DNA of 64,000 bases from Candidatus Latescibacterota bacterium (GTDB taxonomy: Bacteria > Latescibacterota > UBA2968 > GCA-2709665), in NCBI GenBank assembly GCA_965219995.1, contig CBDCOX010000002.1, positions 2,304,001 to 2,368,000 on the forward strand, given 5' to 3'. The notes beneath the pieces were generated by a model. It was not told the DNA's origin. It did not search any database and saw nothing but the letters and a program-made list of their open reading frames with translations. This document shows, piece by piece, positions 53,220-63,008 of this stretch. Each line of letters opens with the position of its first letter. The stretch's first letter is position 1. Made by a program: the position numbers and the translations under genes.

Positions 53220-53669
53220 TCAGTCGATCTCTTGAGCAGCTAAAAAAACCGACTTTTCAAGGACATTGAAGAAATTCTGATAGACCAGCGGGTTCCTTAC
53301 GGCTTTCTGATTGTACTGTGCGTTCGCTCGCACCAGCAATTGGGTTTCGCCCCTTGGATGCACCGTAACCGTTATCAGCAGCGGATATTCTTTTTTTTCC
53401 CACAGCTTGTATTTGATGTCCGTTGTATGCGCGCTGACGGCACCAATCACTTCATTCGCTTCATTCACGATATAGCCCAGATCCTGGAGTGCGGATATTA
53501 CGGTCCTGAGCATCGCCTCTTTGTCCGTGGTGTCGAACGCACGGGATTGCATGGTTCGCAGCTTGACCTGGCTTTCGTCCATTCTCAACAGATGCTCTTT
53601 TGATGAAGTGCATCCGTAACACACGATCAGTGCAGGTACCGCGGCCTTCAACAGCCCTGAGACTTTCAT
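53220..53669 (-). CDS. Lipoprotein, MQTR.FDT family
   Basis: YGC lipobox-like motif; RTMQSRAFDTTDK...YQNFFNVLEKSVFL. Confidence 0.8.
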   Translation of the reverse strand: MKVSGLLKAAVPALIVCYGCTSSKEHLLRMDESQVKLRTMQSRAFDTTDKEAMLRTVISALQDLGYIVNEANEVIGAVSAHTTDIKYKLWEKKEYPLLITVTVHPRGETQLLVRANAQYNQKAVRNPLVYQNFFNVLEKSVFLAAQEID

Positions 53670-54250
53670 TTTTCCTGTCCTTCCAGAAACACGGATTTTG
53701 AAAGAAGATCGAAGAATCGCTGATAGAATTCGGGCTCGTCCAGACTCTGGAGCCGGTCAACCTCGTCTTCGGTATTCCAGACAATCCGCTGAAACGTCAC
53801 CCTGACTTCGCTCGTTTCGTCGGCATTTTCCGACGTTGGACGAATGACGATAGACGCCCACAGCTTCTGATAGTCGTCAACCGGCATAAATACGGGCCCT
53901 GGGTCACCGCCGAGTCCGTAGGCGAGCCACAGTGCGGCCGTACCGAACACTTGCTTCACCCTCTGGGCCAAATCAGGGTCCGCATCTCGCCTTTTTGATC
54001 CGACGATGAGTCCGAGGTTAGGTTCGCTCTCGTCGATAATGAACCCCAGATCCTGAATCACGCCGGTCGCCGCCGAAAAAAGATCGGTTTCCGAAGTCCC
54101 TTCGTACGATCTCGTCTGCAGCGGCCGATTCCGGAGTGATTCCGGCGTCAGCCTGAGGAGGTCCGTTGGCAGCCCGCCCCCCCCGCAGCCTGTCGTGATC
54201 GGAGACGCAATGGCAAACAGAGTGACTGCGCGGATCCAGTTGCGCATCAT
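53666..54250 (-). CDS. Lipoprotein, more distant member of the same family
   Basis: TTGC; LQTRSYE...IQDLGFIIDES...YQRFFDLLSKSVFL. Confidence 0.8.
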   Translation of the reverse strand: MMRNWIRAVTLFAIASPITTGCGGGGLPTDLLRLTPESLRNRPLQTRSYEGTSETDLFSAATGVIQDLGFIIDESEPNLGLIVGSKRRDADPDLAQRVKQVFGTAALWLAYGLGGDPGPVFMPVDDYQKLWASIVIRPTSENADETSEVRVTFQRIVWNTEDEVDRLQSLDEPEFYQRFFDLLSKSVFLEGQEK

Positions 54251-54312
54251 CCCGGGACCTCCGATGGTTAAGCCGTGTCGCTACCGACACTTCTACATTA
54301 GGTCTGTACGCC

Positions 54313-54750
54313 TCAGAACCGCGTCGCGTGATACGAGAAGTCTCTTACCTTTTTTTCCTCGTCGAATTTGATGACGATCGTGAGGGTTCTCTGCGACGTC
54401 GATTCGGCTCCGGATTCTCCGGACAACGTGGCACCCCTGAAAGCAAAATCGACCAGACCTATTAGAATGAGCGAAGGAATACCGGCTTTACTGGACGAGT
54501 AGGCTTTTTCCGTCGAAATCTTGTCATATATCCAGACTTCGCGCCGCTCTTCGTCGGTAGAGACGATATTGGGCGATCCCAGAACCTCGGCCACCTCGGC
54601 GCCGCTCATGCCCACTCTTATTTCCTTCTGTACCGTTCCCACGGTCATCCGGTCGCCGGAATCGTCCGTCACGGACTTCCGGTGGTGCCCTGCCACCATG
54701 CATCCTGATAAAACCAGCGTCGCCATTATTGATACGAGAAGTGCCTTCAT
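54313..54750 (-). CDS. SmpA/OmlA (BamE-like) lipoprotein
   Basis: LSGC lipobox; IRVGMSGAEVAEVLGSP...EVWIY...LTIVIKFD...V. Confidence 0.75.
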   Translation of the reverse strand: MKALLVSIMATLVLSGCMVAGHHRKSVTDDSGDRMTVGTVQKEIRVGMSGAEVAEVLGSPNIVSTDEERREVWIYDKISTEKAYSSSKAGIPSLILIGLVDFAFRGATLSGESGAESTSQRTLTIVIKFDEEKKVRDFSYHATRF

Positions 54751-54862
54751 TTTCGCTTCCTCCTGATTTCGAGGGATCAACCCAAACGCGGCTTCGCTAT
54801 GCGCCGCTGTGTCCGAAAATGAATGACCCGTTAAGCACCGCCTGCGCCCGCCCTGGGTCGCT

Positions 54863-54986
54863 CCGTGAGCTTGCGGTTCCTGAGCTTTTCGAAGGATCGA
54901 AGGGTTGGCAAAGGAGTTACATAACGCGGGCATTTCGACAAGCTCAATGACCACGCTTTAGCAGGCGACCTTCGACCTCGCTCAGA
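54863..54986. repeat. TGAGCTTGTCGAA / TTCGACAAGCTCA inverted-repeat element with a nested copy
   Basis: ccgtgagcttg[cggttcctgagcttttcgaagga]tcgaaggg, then ttcgacaagctca and cttcgacctcgctcag. Confidence 0.7.
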
Positions 54987-55023
54987 GTGTAAGTTGAGCC
55001 GATCATCCGCGAGACGCGTCCGC

Positions 55024-58000
55024 TTACCCGGACGTCCCGAAAGCATCCACAAACTCGAAGAAGTCCGCAAAGTTCACGATGCCGTTGCCGTCCAGGTCAT
55101 ATTGGGCGTCGGTGGTGCCGAAGGCGTCCACGAAATCGAAGAAGTCCGCGAAATTCACGATGCCGTCACCGTTGAAATCGGCCGTGACCTGTCCTTGCGA
55201 TCCAGTACAGTCCGACAGACTCAGCTTGTCCAGGTCATTACCGGAGACGTCTCGCAAGACCACGGGAACGCAACCTGTCAGGGAGTTGCCGGCGAGATAC
55301 AGTAAGCTCAACCTTGTCAGAACGGCCAACTCCATGGGGATCGACCCGGTCAACCGGTTCTGGTCCAGCCGCATCTCCTGCATCAAACTCAGGTTGCCCA
55401 ACTGGCTCGGGATCGACCCGGTCAACTGGTTGCCGAAGAGGAACAGTTGCCACAATTCGGTCAGATTACCCAGTTCCGTCGGAATCGATCCCGTCAACCG
55501 GTTGCCATGGAGGTTCAATATCCGCAACTGGGACAGGCTGCCCAGCCACGCGGGGATCGTCCCCGTCAACTGGTTATTCTGAAGGGCGAACTGCCGCAGG
55601 TTGAACAGGTTGCGCAGTTCCGCCGGAATCTGACCGGTCAACTGGTTGTTCATGAGGCCCAGGTGCGTCAACCCTGTCATCGCACCCAGTTCCTCCGGGA
55701 TCGTGCCGGTCAACTGGTTGTACGCGAGGTATAGCGCTTTCAGGCCGGTCAGACGGCTTAGACCCGCAGGTATCGTTCCGTTCAGACTTTCGTTCCAAAG
55801 TCTTAAATTCGTTACACGCTGCGGCGTCCCGGTGATGGTGACACCGTCCCAGCTGGAAATGGACGTGTTCTCAGACCAGTTCAGCGTCCCCGTCCCTCTC
55901 AGCGGATCCCGCGCCTCCAGCAGCGCGTTGCAGTCTGCCACCAGCCATGGGTTGGCAGACGGGTTGGACACCGCGCTGCCGGTTGCGCACGGTCCCTGCG
56001 CAACTGGGGCGCTTTCGACAGCCAGCGCCAGGCCGAAGGGATCGTCCAACCCGTCCGACCGGGTGACCAGATTCTCAACGTTGGATCCGTCCAGGTCCGC
56101 GCGCTGGATCCTGTCCCTGTCGAGATCGGTCCAGTACATCTTGCCGGCGCCCAGGTCCAGATCCACTTCGATGGGTTTGTCCAATCCGCGGGTGATAACG
56201 TCCTCGATATTGGAGCCGTCCAGGTCCGCGCGCCGGATCTCGCCCGTTTCACGATCCGTCCAGTACATCTTGCCGCCCGGCACGTCCAGCGCCAATCCGC
56301 TGGGGCTGCCGAGATCGCCTGAAACGCGGGTGACCAGGTTTTCCACGTTGGAACCGTCCAGGTTTGCGCGCTGAATCTTGTCTTCCGACGAGTCCGTCCA
56401 GTACAACTTGCCGCCGGACACGTCCAGCGCGAGGCCCGCGGGACTGTTCAATCCTTGAGTTACCAGATTCTCAACGTTCGAGCCGTCCAGGTCCGCGCGC
56501 TGAATCCTGTCCGTGCCCCAGTCCGTCCAGTACAACTTGCCGCCCGACGCGTCCACAGCGATCCAGACCGGCGTGTGCAACCCGCTGGTAATCACGTCTT
56601 CCGCGTTCGAGCCGTCCAGGTCCGCGCGCCGGATTTTATTCGTACCATCGTCTGTCCAGTACATCTTTCCGGCAGAAACGTCAACCGCCAGCCCGAAGGG
56701 GGTTCCCAGACCCCTCCTGACCACGGTTTCGACGTTAGCGCCATCCAGGTCCGCGCGCTGGATCCTGTCTGTCGCACCAAAGTCCGTCCAATACAGCAAC
56801 GGATTCGCCTCCCGTTCGCTCACGTCGGTCAGGTCAATCGTCACGTCAATCGTGGTGCTCCCGCCCTGCCCGTCGGACACCCGCACGGTGACCTCGTACC
56901 GATTCTTGACCTCGTAATCGTACGTGACGCCCGATCTGGTCTGCAGCTGGCCGCTGGTTGCAACGAGGTCGAAGCTCGCCGCGTCCGTGCCCTCCAGGCT
57001 GTAGGACAGTGTGCCGCCGTCGCGATCCGCCGCGCTGACGGGACTGCCGATGTTCTGTCCGGCTCCCGTGTTCTCGGCGAAGCTGCGCGTGGCGCTTGCG
57101 CCCTCGCTGAACGTTGGTATTCGATTGGCCGCAACGGTCTCAGCGGTGACCGGCAGTTGGGCCGTCAGCGCGGCGCCATTATAATTCGCGATCGCGCCGG
57201 CGCCCACGGTAAACGTGAGCGTCCCGTCCGCATCGAAGTCACCGTTGAACGTGAGCGTGACCGTCACTTTCGTGTCGTTCACGCGCTGCACGCCGAACGT
57301 GCCCACGGTAACACCCGTGATGCCCGAGACCGACACACCGCGACGCACGTCGAAGATCGAACTCGCGTATGTACCGCCCGATAGCGTCAGCGTAACCACA
57401 CTCCCGTTCAAGGTTGCTTCCGTCAGCGGAGACGTCGTCGAGGCCGCAACCGACTCCATACCCGCGCTCACCGGCAATTGCGCGGTCAGCGCGACGCCGC
57501 TGTAGCTTGCGATCGCGTCAGCGCCCACCGTGAACGTCAATGTCCCGTCCGCGTCGATATTCCCATTGAACCTGAGTTCAACCGTCACCTTCGTATCGCT
57601 CACCCGCTGGATGCCGAACGTGCCCACGCTCACACCCGTGATTCCTGAGACGGTGACGCCGCCCCGAACGTCGAAGATCGAACTCGCATAGGAACGACCC
57701 GTCAGGGTCAGGGTCACCACGCTGCTGTTCAGCGTCGCCTCCGTCAACGAACGCGTCGTTGACGCCACGACGGTTTCTTCCAGGGCCGTTACAGACACTT
57801 GCGCTGTGAGCGCAGCGCCGGTATAGTTCGCGATCGCATCCGAACCAATCGTGAACGTCAACGTGCCGTCAGCGTCGAAGTCGCCGTTGAACGTCAGTTC
57901 AATCGTGACCACCGTATCGCTCTTGCGCTGAATGCCGAACGTCCCGACGCTAACACCCGTGATGCCCGATACCGACACCCCGTCACGAACGTCGAAAATG

Positions 58001-59490
58001 GAACTCTCATACGCGCCGTCCGAGAGCGTCAGCGTCACCACGCTCCCATTCAGCGTCGCCTCCGTCAGCGGTGACGTCGTTGTCGCCGTCACCGATTCCA
58101 TCCCCGCGCTCACCGGCAACTGTGCCGTCAGCGCGGCGCCGTTGTAGTTCGCGATGGCGCCCGCCCCGACAGTGAACGTCAACGTCCCGTCCGCGTCGAT
58201 GTCCCCATTGAACGTCAGTTCAACCGTGACCACCGTATCACTCTTGCGCTGGATGCCAAACGTGCCCACGCTCACACCCGTGATGCCCGATACCGACACC
58301 CCGTCACGAACGTCGAAAATCGAACTCTCATACGCGCCGCCCGTCAACGTCAGCGTCACCACGCTCCCATTCAGCGTCGCCTCCGTCAGCGGTGACGTCG
58401 TTGTCGCCGTCACCGATTCCATCCCCGCGCTGACGGACAACTCCGCGGTCAGTGCGGCGCCGCTGTAGTTCGCGATGGCGCCCGCACCTACCGTGAACGT
58501 CAACGTGCCGTCCGCGTCGATGTCGCCGTTGAACGTCAGTTCAACCGTGACCACCGTATCACTCTTGCGCTGGATGCCGAACGTGCCCACGCTCACACCC
58601 GTGATGCCCGATACCGACACCCCGTCACGAACGTCGAAGATCGAACTCTCATACGCGCCGCCCGTCAACGTCAGCGTCACCACGCTCCCATTCAGCGTCG
58701 CCTCCGTCAGCGGTGACGTCGTTGTCGCCGTCACCGATTCCATCCCCGCGCTGACGGACAACTCCGCGGTCAGTGCGGCGCCGTTATAGGACTCAATCGC
58801 ATCCGACCCTACGGTAAACGTAAGCGTTCCGTCGCTGTCGATGTCGCCGTTGAAGTCCAGCTCTACCGTGACCTTGGTGTCGCTCACGCGCCGGACGCCG
58901 AACGTGCCAACGCTTACACCGGCAATCCCCGATACCGACACCCCGTCACGAACGTCGAAAATGGAACTCTCATACGCGCGTCCGGACAGCGTAAGCGTCA
59001 CCACGCTCCCGTCAAGCGTCGCCTCGGTCAGGGGACTGGCCGTCGACGCCTCCACCGATTCTTCCAGCGCGGTCACCGTTACCTCGTCGGTCAGTGCGGC
59101 GCCGTTATAGGACGCGACCGCGCCCGAACCCACCGTGAACGTCAACGTACCGTCCTCGTCGAAATCTCCATTGAAGTCCAGCTCTATTGTCAGTTTCGTG
59201 TCGCTTGCGCGCGATATCCCGAACGTGCCTACGCTTACGCCGGCAATCCCCGACACCGAAACCGCCCGTCGTATGTCGAAGATGGACCGCTCAAAGGTAC
59301 GGCCCGCCAGGACCACCGTCACTTCACTGCCGTTCAGGATCGCTTCGGTCAACGGGCTTGCCGTGGATACCGAAATCGACTCCTGCACCGCGGTAACCTG
59401 GCCGTAGGCCAGACCCGGCGCCGCGAATGCCGTCAAGACGAAAAGAGATATTGTCACGGCGAATCGTCGATTCACATGTGACCGTTTCAT
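55024..59490 (-). CDS. Large exported protein: 7 x 107-aa repeats + cadherin-like + LY propeller + plant-type LRR + dockerin-like
   Basis: PLTEATLNGSVVTLTL repeats; ENTGAG...YDYE cadherin; YWTD repeats; LxxNxLTGxIPxELGxL LRRs; DFNGDGIVNFADF C-terminus. Confidence 0.9.
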   Translation of the reverse strand: MKRSHVNRRFAVTISLFVLTAFAAPGLAYGQVTAVQESISVSTASPLTEAILNGSEVTVVLAGRTFERSIFDIRRAVSVSGIAGVSVGTFGISRASDTKLTIELDFNGDFDEDGTLTFTVGSGAVASYNGAALTDEVTVTALEESVEASTASPLTEATLDGSVVTLTLSGRAYESSIFDVRDGVSVSGIAGVSVGTFGVRRVSDTKVTVELDFNGDIDSDGTLTFTVGSDAIESYNGAALTAELSVSAGMESVTATTTSPLTEATLNGSVVTLTLTGGAYESSIFDVRDGVSVSGITGVSVGTFGIQRKSDTVVTVELTFNGDIDADGTLTFTVGAGAIANYSGAALTAELSVSAGMESVTATTTSPLTEATLNGSVVTLTLTGGAYESSIFDVRDGVSVSGITGVSVGTFGIQRKSDTVVTVELTFNGDIDADGTLTFTVGAGAIANYNGAALTAQLPVSAGMESVTATTTSPLTEATLNGSVVTLTLSDGAYESSIFDVRDGVSVSGITGVSVGTFGIQRKSDTVVTIELTFNGDFDADGTLTFTIGSDAIANYTGAALTAQVSVTALEETVVASTTRSLTEATLNSSVVTLTLTGRSYASSIFDVRGGVTVSGITGVSVGTFGIQRVSDTKVTVELRFNGNIDADGTLTFTVGADAIASYSGVALTAQLPVSAGMESVAASTTSPLTEATLNGSVVTLTLSGGTYASSIFDVRRGVSVSGITGVTVGTFGVQRVNDTKVTVTLTFNGDFDADGTLTFTVGAGAIANYNGAALTAQLPVTAETVAANRIPTFSEGASATRSFAENTGAGQNIGSPVSAADRDGGTLSYSLEGTDAASFDLVATSGQLQTRSGVTYDYEVKNRYEVTVRVSDGQGGSTTIDVTIDLTDVSEREANPLLYWTDFGATDRIQRADLDGANVETVVRRGLGTPFGLAVDVSAGKMYWTDDGTNKIRRADLDGSNAEDVITSGLHTPVWIAVDASGGKLYWTDWGTDRIQRADLDGSNVENLVTQGLNSPAGLALDVSGGKLYWTDSSEDKIQRANLDGSNVENLVTRVSGDLGSPSGLALDVPGGKMYWTDRETGEIRRADLDGSNIEDVITRGLDKPIEVDLDLGAGKMYWTDLDRDRIQRADLDGSNVENLVTRSDGLDDPFGLALAVESAPVAQGPCATGSAVSNPSANPWLVADCNALLEARDPLRGTGTLNWSENTSISSWDGVTITGTPQRVTNLRLWNESLNGTIPAGLSRLTGLKALYLAYNQLTGTIPEELGAMTGLTHLGLMNNQLTGQIPAELRNLFNLRQFALQNNQLTGTIPAWLGSLSQLRILNLHGNRLTGSIPTELGNLTELWQLFLFGNQLTGSIPSQLGNLSLMQEMRLDQNRLTGSIPMELAVLTRLSLLYLAGNSLTGCVPVVLRDVSGNDLDKLSLSDCTGSQGQVTADFNGDGIVNFADFFDFVDAFGTTDAQYDLDGNGIVNFADFFEFVDAFGTSG
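57140..59385 (-). repeat. Intragenic tandem repeat, 7 x 321 bp
   Basis: Antisense ORFs 58154..58468 and 58475..58789 translate identically at an offset of 321 bp. Confidence 0.9.
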
Positions 59491-59503
59491 AACTCAGCAT
59501 CCC

Positions 59504-62500
59504 CTATTCGAATGTGCCCCTGGTGACACGTCCATCCTCAATGCTGCATCCTCCCGAGGAGATGCACGTATATCGGGTTCCATCCTGTAACTCGATCAGA
59601 CCGCCATTCTGAAAGCTGAGGACAGTACGTCCCCCGCTGCTTGTAAGACTCGCGCCGCTTAGACGCCTTGGCACAAAGAAGCCGGAGGGGAAATTCGGGA
59701 GCGCGTCACCGACGCCATAGGTCCCCCCACCGCTGCTGCCGCCAACCGCGCCAATGGCGAGTCCGGACGGGTCGACAAGCCCGTCGGCACTCGTGACGAG
59801 GTCTTCGACGTTTGAGCCGTCAAGATCCGCACGCTGGATCTTGTCCGCGTCCACGTCGGTCCAGTACATCTTGCCGCCGTCCACGTCCAGATCCAACCCT
59901 GTGGGCGTGTTCAAGCCCGTTGTGACCAGGTCTTCCACGTTGGAACCGTCCAGTCCGGCACGCTGGATGCTGGATGTTCCGCGGTCCGTCCAGTACATCT
60001 TGCCGCCGGACAGATCCAGCGCCAGGCCGGTGGGGCTGCTCAGGCCGTTCGTGACCAGGTCCTCCCCATTTGAGCCGTCAAGATCCGCGCGCTGGATCTT
60101 GTCCGAACCGGGGTTGGTCCAGTACATCTTGCCATTTGCCACGTCCAGGCCGATTTCACCGGGAAACGCCAGGCCGGACAGTGTGAGGAGGTCTTCAATA
60201 TTGGCGCCATCCAGATCCGCCCGTTGAATCTTGCTCGTCTGCCGGTTCGTCCAGTACATCTTGCCGCCTGCCACGTCCAGCGCCAGTCCGTACGGTACGC
60301 TCAGGCCGCTGGTGATCAGATCCTCCACGTTGGAACCGTCCAGGTTCGCGCGCTGGATCTTGTTCGTCCCCGCGTCCGTCCAGTACATCTTGCCGCCGGC
60401 CACGTCAAACGCAAGACCGTCCGGGCCGTTGAGCCCGGCGCCGCTGACCAGGTCTTCGACGTTCGAGCCGTCCAGATCGCCACGTTGAATCTTGTCCGTT
60501 CCCCAGTCCGTCCAGTAGAGCTTCGCGGTCCCCGTGGGAGGGGGTGTCGCCGTCGAGACGGTGATACTCACGGCAGCGGAGCAGTTGTTCCCCGTGTCGG
60601 ATTCGCCTGCCACGGCGTCCACACAGGCCCCGTAGTGATAGGTCCCTGCACTCGACGGCGCCGTCAGACGAATCGATAGAGCCGCATCGACCGTCCCGGG
60701 ATTGCCGCCCGATGCCGGAAGGACGCCAACCGCGCCCGTGCCGATTTCTGTGTCGGAGGTCGAAATCGACCCGTCGCTCGATTGGTAATAACGCAACGTC
60801 GTCGCCGGCGATTGACCATTTCCCTGGTTGCGCACCCTGACACCCAACGTGAAGGAAGCGCCGGTTTCCAGGCTGCTGCTGCTTACCGAAGGCGTCAGAA
60901 CGATCAGGTCGGCGGCGCCGCTTCCTCCTCCCGTGCCGGGTCCGCCCCCGCCTGTTGCCGGGGTCCCCACGGCCACGCCCGATGGATCGACGAGTCCGTT
61001 CGCGCCCGTGACCAGGTCTTCAATGCCCGATCCATCCAGGTTGGCGCGCTGCACCTTGTTCGTTCCCGCGTCGGCCCAGTACATCTTGCCGCCGGACACG
61101 TCCAGCGCCAGACCGTTCGGGCTGTGCAGGCCGCTGGTGACAAGGTCTTCCACCCCCGAGCCGTTCAGGTTGGACCGCTGGATTTTGTCCGAGCGCCGGT
61201 CCGTCCAGTACATCTTGCCGCCGGAGACATCAAGTGCGATTCCGGTGGGACTGCTCACACCGCTGGTGACAAGGTCTTCCACCCCCGAGCCGTTCAGGTT
61301 GGACCGTTGAATCTTGTTCGCGCCCGGATTCGTCCAGTACATCTTGCCGCCCGTCACGTCCAGCGCCAGACCGCCCGGAAACGTCAGACCGCTGGTGACA
61401 AGGTCTTCGGCGTTCGCGCCGCTGAGATCGGCCCGTTGGATCTTGTTCGTCTGCCGGTTCGTCCAGTACATCTTTCCGGACGATACGTCCAGGGCCAGAC
61501 CGTAAGGAATCCCGAGGCCCGTCACGAGGTCTTCCACTCCCGAGCCGTCCAGGTTCGCGCGTTGAATCTTGTTGGCGCCAGCGTCCGTCCAGTACATCTT
61601 GCCGCCGGCCGTATCCAGCGCGAGTCCATCCGGTCCATCCAGCCCGGCGCCGGTAACCAGGTCTTCAATCCCCGAGCCGTCCAGGTTGGACCGTTGGATC
61701 TTGTCCGTGCCCCAGTCCGTCCAGTAGAGCTTTGACGCTCCGTCGGCTGGCGGCGTCTGCGTCGTGACGGTTAAGGAAACGGAAGCCGAACAGTTGTTTC
61801 CGGTATTGGATTCTCCGGCCACCGCGTTGACGCACGCGCCGTAATAATAGGTGCCTGTACCCGACGGCGCCGTCAGGTTGATCGACTCGGCGCTCGAGCC
61901 GCCGGCCGGCAGTCCGCTCACCGCGTCCGTACCCACCTGGGCGTCACTGGTGGAAACCGTCGCGTCGGACGAGCGGTAGTAGCGCAACGTCGTCGCGGCG
62001 GACGATCCGTTTCCCTGATTGCGGACCGTTGCGTTCAGTGCAAACGGACCTCCCGCGGCCACTCTTGCGCTGCTGACCGAAGGTGACTGAACAACGAGGT
62101 CCGGGCTGCCGCCGCCACCGCCCGTTGAAGGCGGCGGACCGCCAAAGCTCTGCGCAAAGATCAGAAAATCGGTAAAATCAACGGAACCATCGGTATTCAG
62201 GTCTTGTGCCGCATTGTATCTCCCGTCCCCTTGCCGCGATCCGAACACGCTCGCGAAAACAAGAAAGTCAGCGAATCCAACGTGGTTATCGCCGTCGAAG
62301 TCGGGCGAAGGCGCGGCATTGAAAGTGACCTCACTGCCAGTGCTGAGTTCGTCGCTCGAGGTTGGGCTTTCCGCGAGTGTAACCGACTCGATGCCGATGG
62401 AAAACTCCCGCCCCGTAACGTCGGCAACGGTCGAAAACTCCGCACGCGCCAGAAAGCCCGAAGACGCCAATGTCACGGGCGAGGTGGCGGCGAGGTTAAC

Positions 62501-62827
62501 GCCGACGGACCCCTCCGGGACCGAAAGCCCGAATGCGCTGTTTTCGGCCTTTGCAAACGAAAGGAGGGAAGCATCGAAGTCGAATTTGATGATCATTCCT
62601 GCCAGGGACGTCCTCACGCCGGTCGCGAAAACCTCAACGGCAATGGTTGTGCCCCGGCCGGAAACTGTCCCCGACGTAACCCCGTCATCCGTCCGGTTTC
62701 CGGAGCCTCCACCGGGAATCAGGTCAAGCGACAACACGGCACTTGCATTGGGACCGGCGAAAGCCTGCCCTGCAAAGGCGACGACCGCGACCGCGGCAAT
62801 CAACAACAGAGTCCGTCTGGGAAGCAT
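59504..62827 (-). CDS. Cohesin-like + dockerin-like + 2 x (CARDB + LY propeller) + small C-terminal domain
   Basis: N-terminal region highly similar to 46634..49333; two YWTD propellers. Confidence 0.88.
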   Translation of the reverse strand: MLPRRTLLLIAAVAVVAFAGQAFAGPNASAVLSLDLIPGGGSGNRTDDGVTSGTVSGRGTTIAVEVFATGVRTSLAGMIIKFDFDASLLSFAKAENSAFGLSVPEGSVGVNLAATSPVTLASSGFLARAEFSTVADVTGREFSIGIESVTLAESPTSSDELSTGSEVTFNAAPSPDFDGDNHVGFADFLVFASVFGSRQGDGRYNAAQDLNTDGSVDFTDFLIFAQSFGGPPPSTGGGGGSPDLVVQSPSVSSARVAAGGPFALNATVRNQGNGSSAATTLRYYRSSDATVSTSDAQVGTDAVSGLPAGGSSAESINLTAPSGTGTYYYGACVNAVAGESNTGNNCSASVSLTVTTQTPPADGASKLYWTDWGTDKIQRSNLDGSGIEDLVTGAGLDGPDGLALDTAGGKMYWTDAGANKIQRANLDGSGVEDLVTGLGIPYGLALDVSSGKMYWTNRQTNKIQRADLSGANAEDLVTSGLTFPGGLALDVTGGKMYWTNPGANKIQRSNLNGSGVEDLVTSGVSSPTGIALDVSGGKMYWTDRRSDKIQRSNLNGSGVEDLVTSGLHSPNGLALDVSGGKMYWADAGTNKVQRANLDGSGIEDLVTGANGLVDPSGVAVGTPATGGGGPGTGGGSGAADLIVLTPSVSSSSLETGASFTLGVRVRNQGNGQSPATTLRYYQSSDGSISTSDTEIGTGAVGVLPASGGNPGTVDAALSIRLTAPSSAGTYHYGACVDAVAGESDTGNNCSAAVSITVSTATPPPTGTAKLYWTDWGTDKIQRGDLDGSNVEDLVSGAGLNGPDGLAFDVAGGKMYWTDAGTNKIQRANLDGSNVEDLITSGLSVPYGLALDVAGGKMYWTNRQTSKIQRADLDGANIEDLLTLSGLAFPGEIGLDVANGKMYWTNPGSDKIQRADLDGSNGEDLVTNGLSSPTGLALDLSGGKMYWTDRGTSSIQRAGLDGSNVEDLVTTGLNTPTGLDLDVDGGKMYWTDVDADKIQRADLDGSNVEDLVTSADGLVDPSGLAIGAVGGSSGGGTYGVGDALPNFPSGFFVPRRLSGASLTSSGGRTVLSFQNGGLIELQDGTRYTCISSGGCSIEDGRVTRGTFE

Positions 62828-63008
62828 CGGGGAACACTCCTTTGATTCGACGACGATTTTGTTCTGCTACTTTGTCCGAATGTGGAATGCGTCACTTGTA
62901 CTCGCAATGCCTCAAGGGACCCACCTTCAGGTATTCGGCCATCAGGCGCGAGTTTGTTTCCGATGGCTGTATTAGGGGTCGCGCGAGTGCGCCGAGACGA
63001 ACCGGCGC

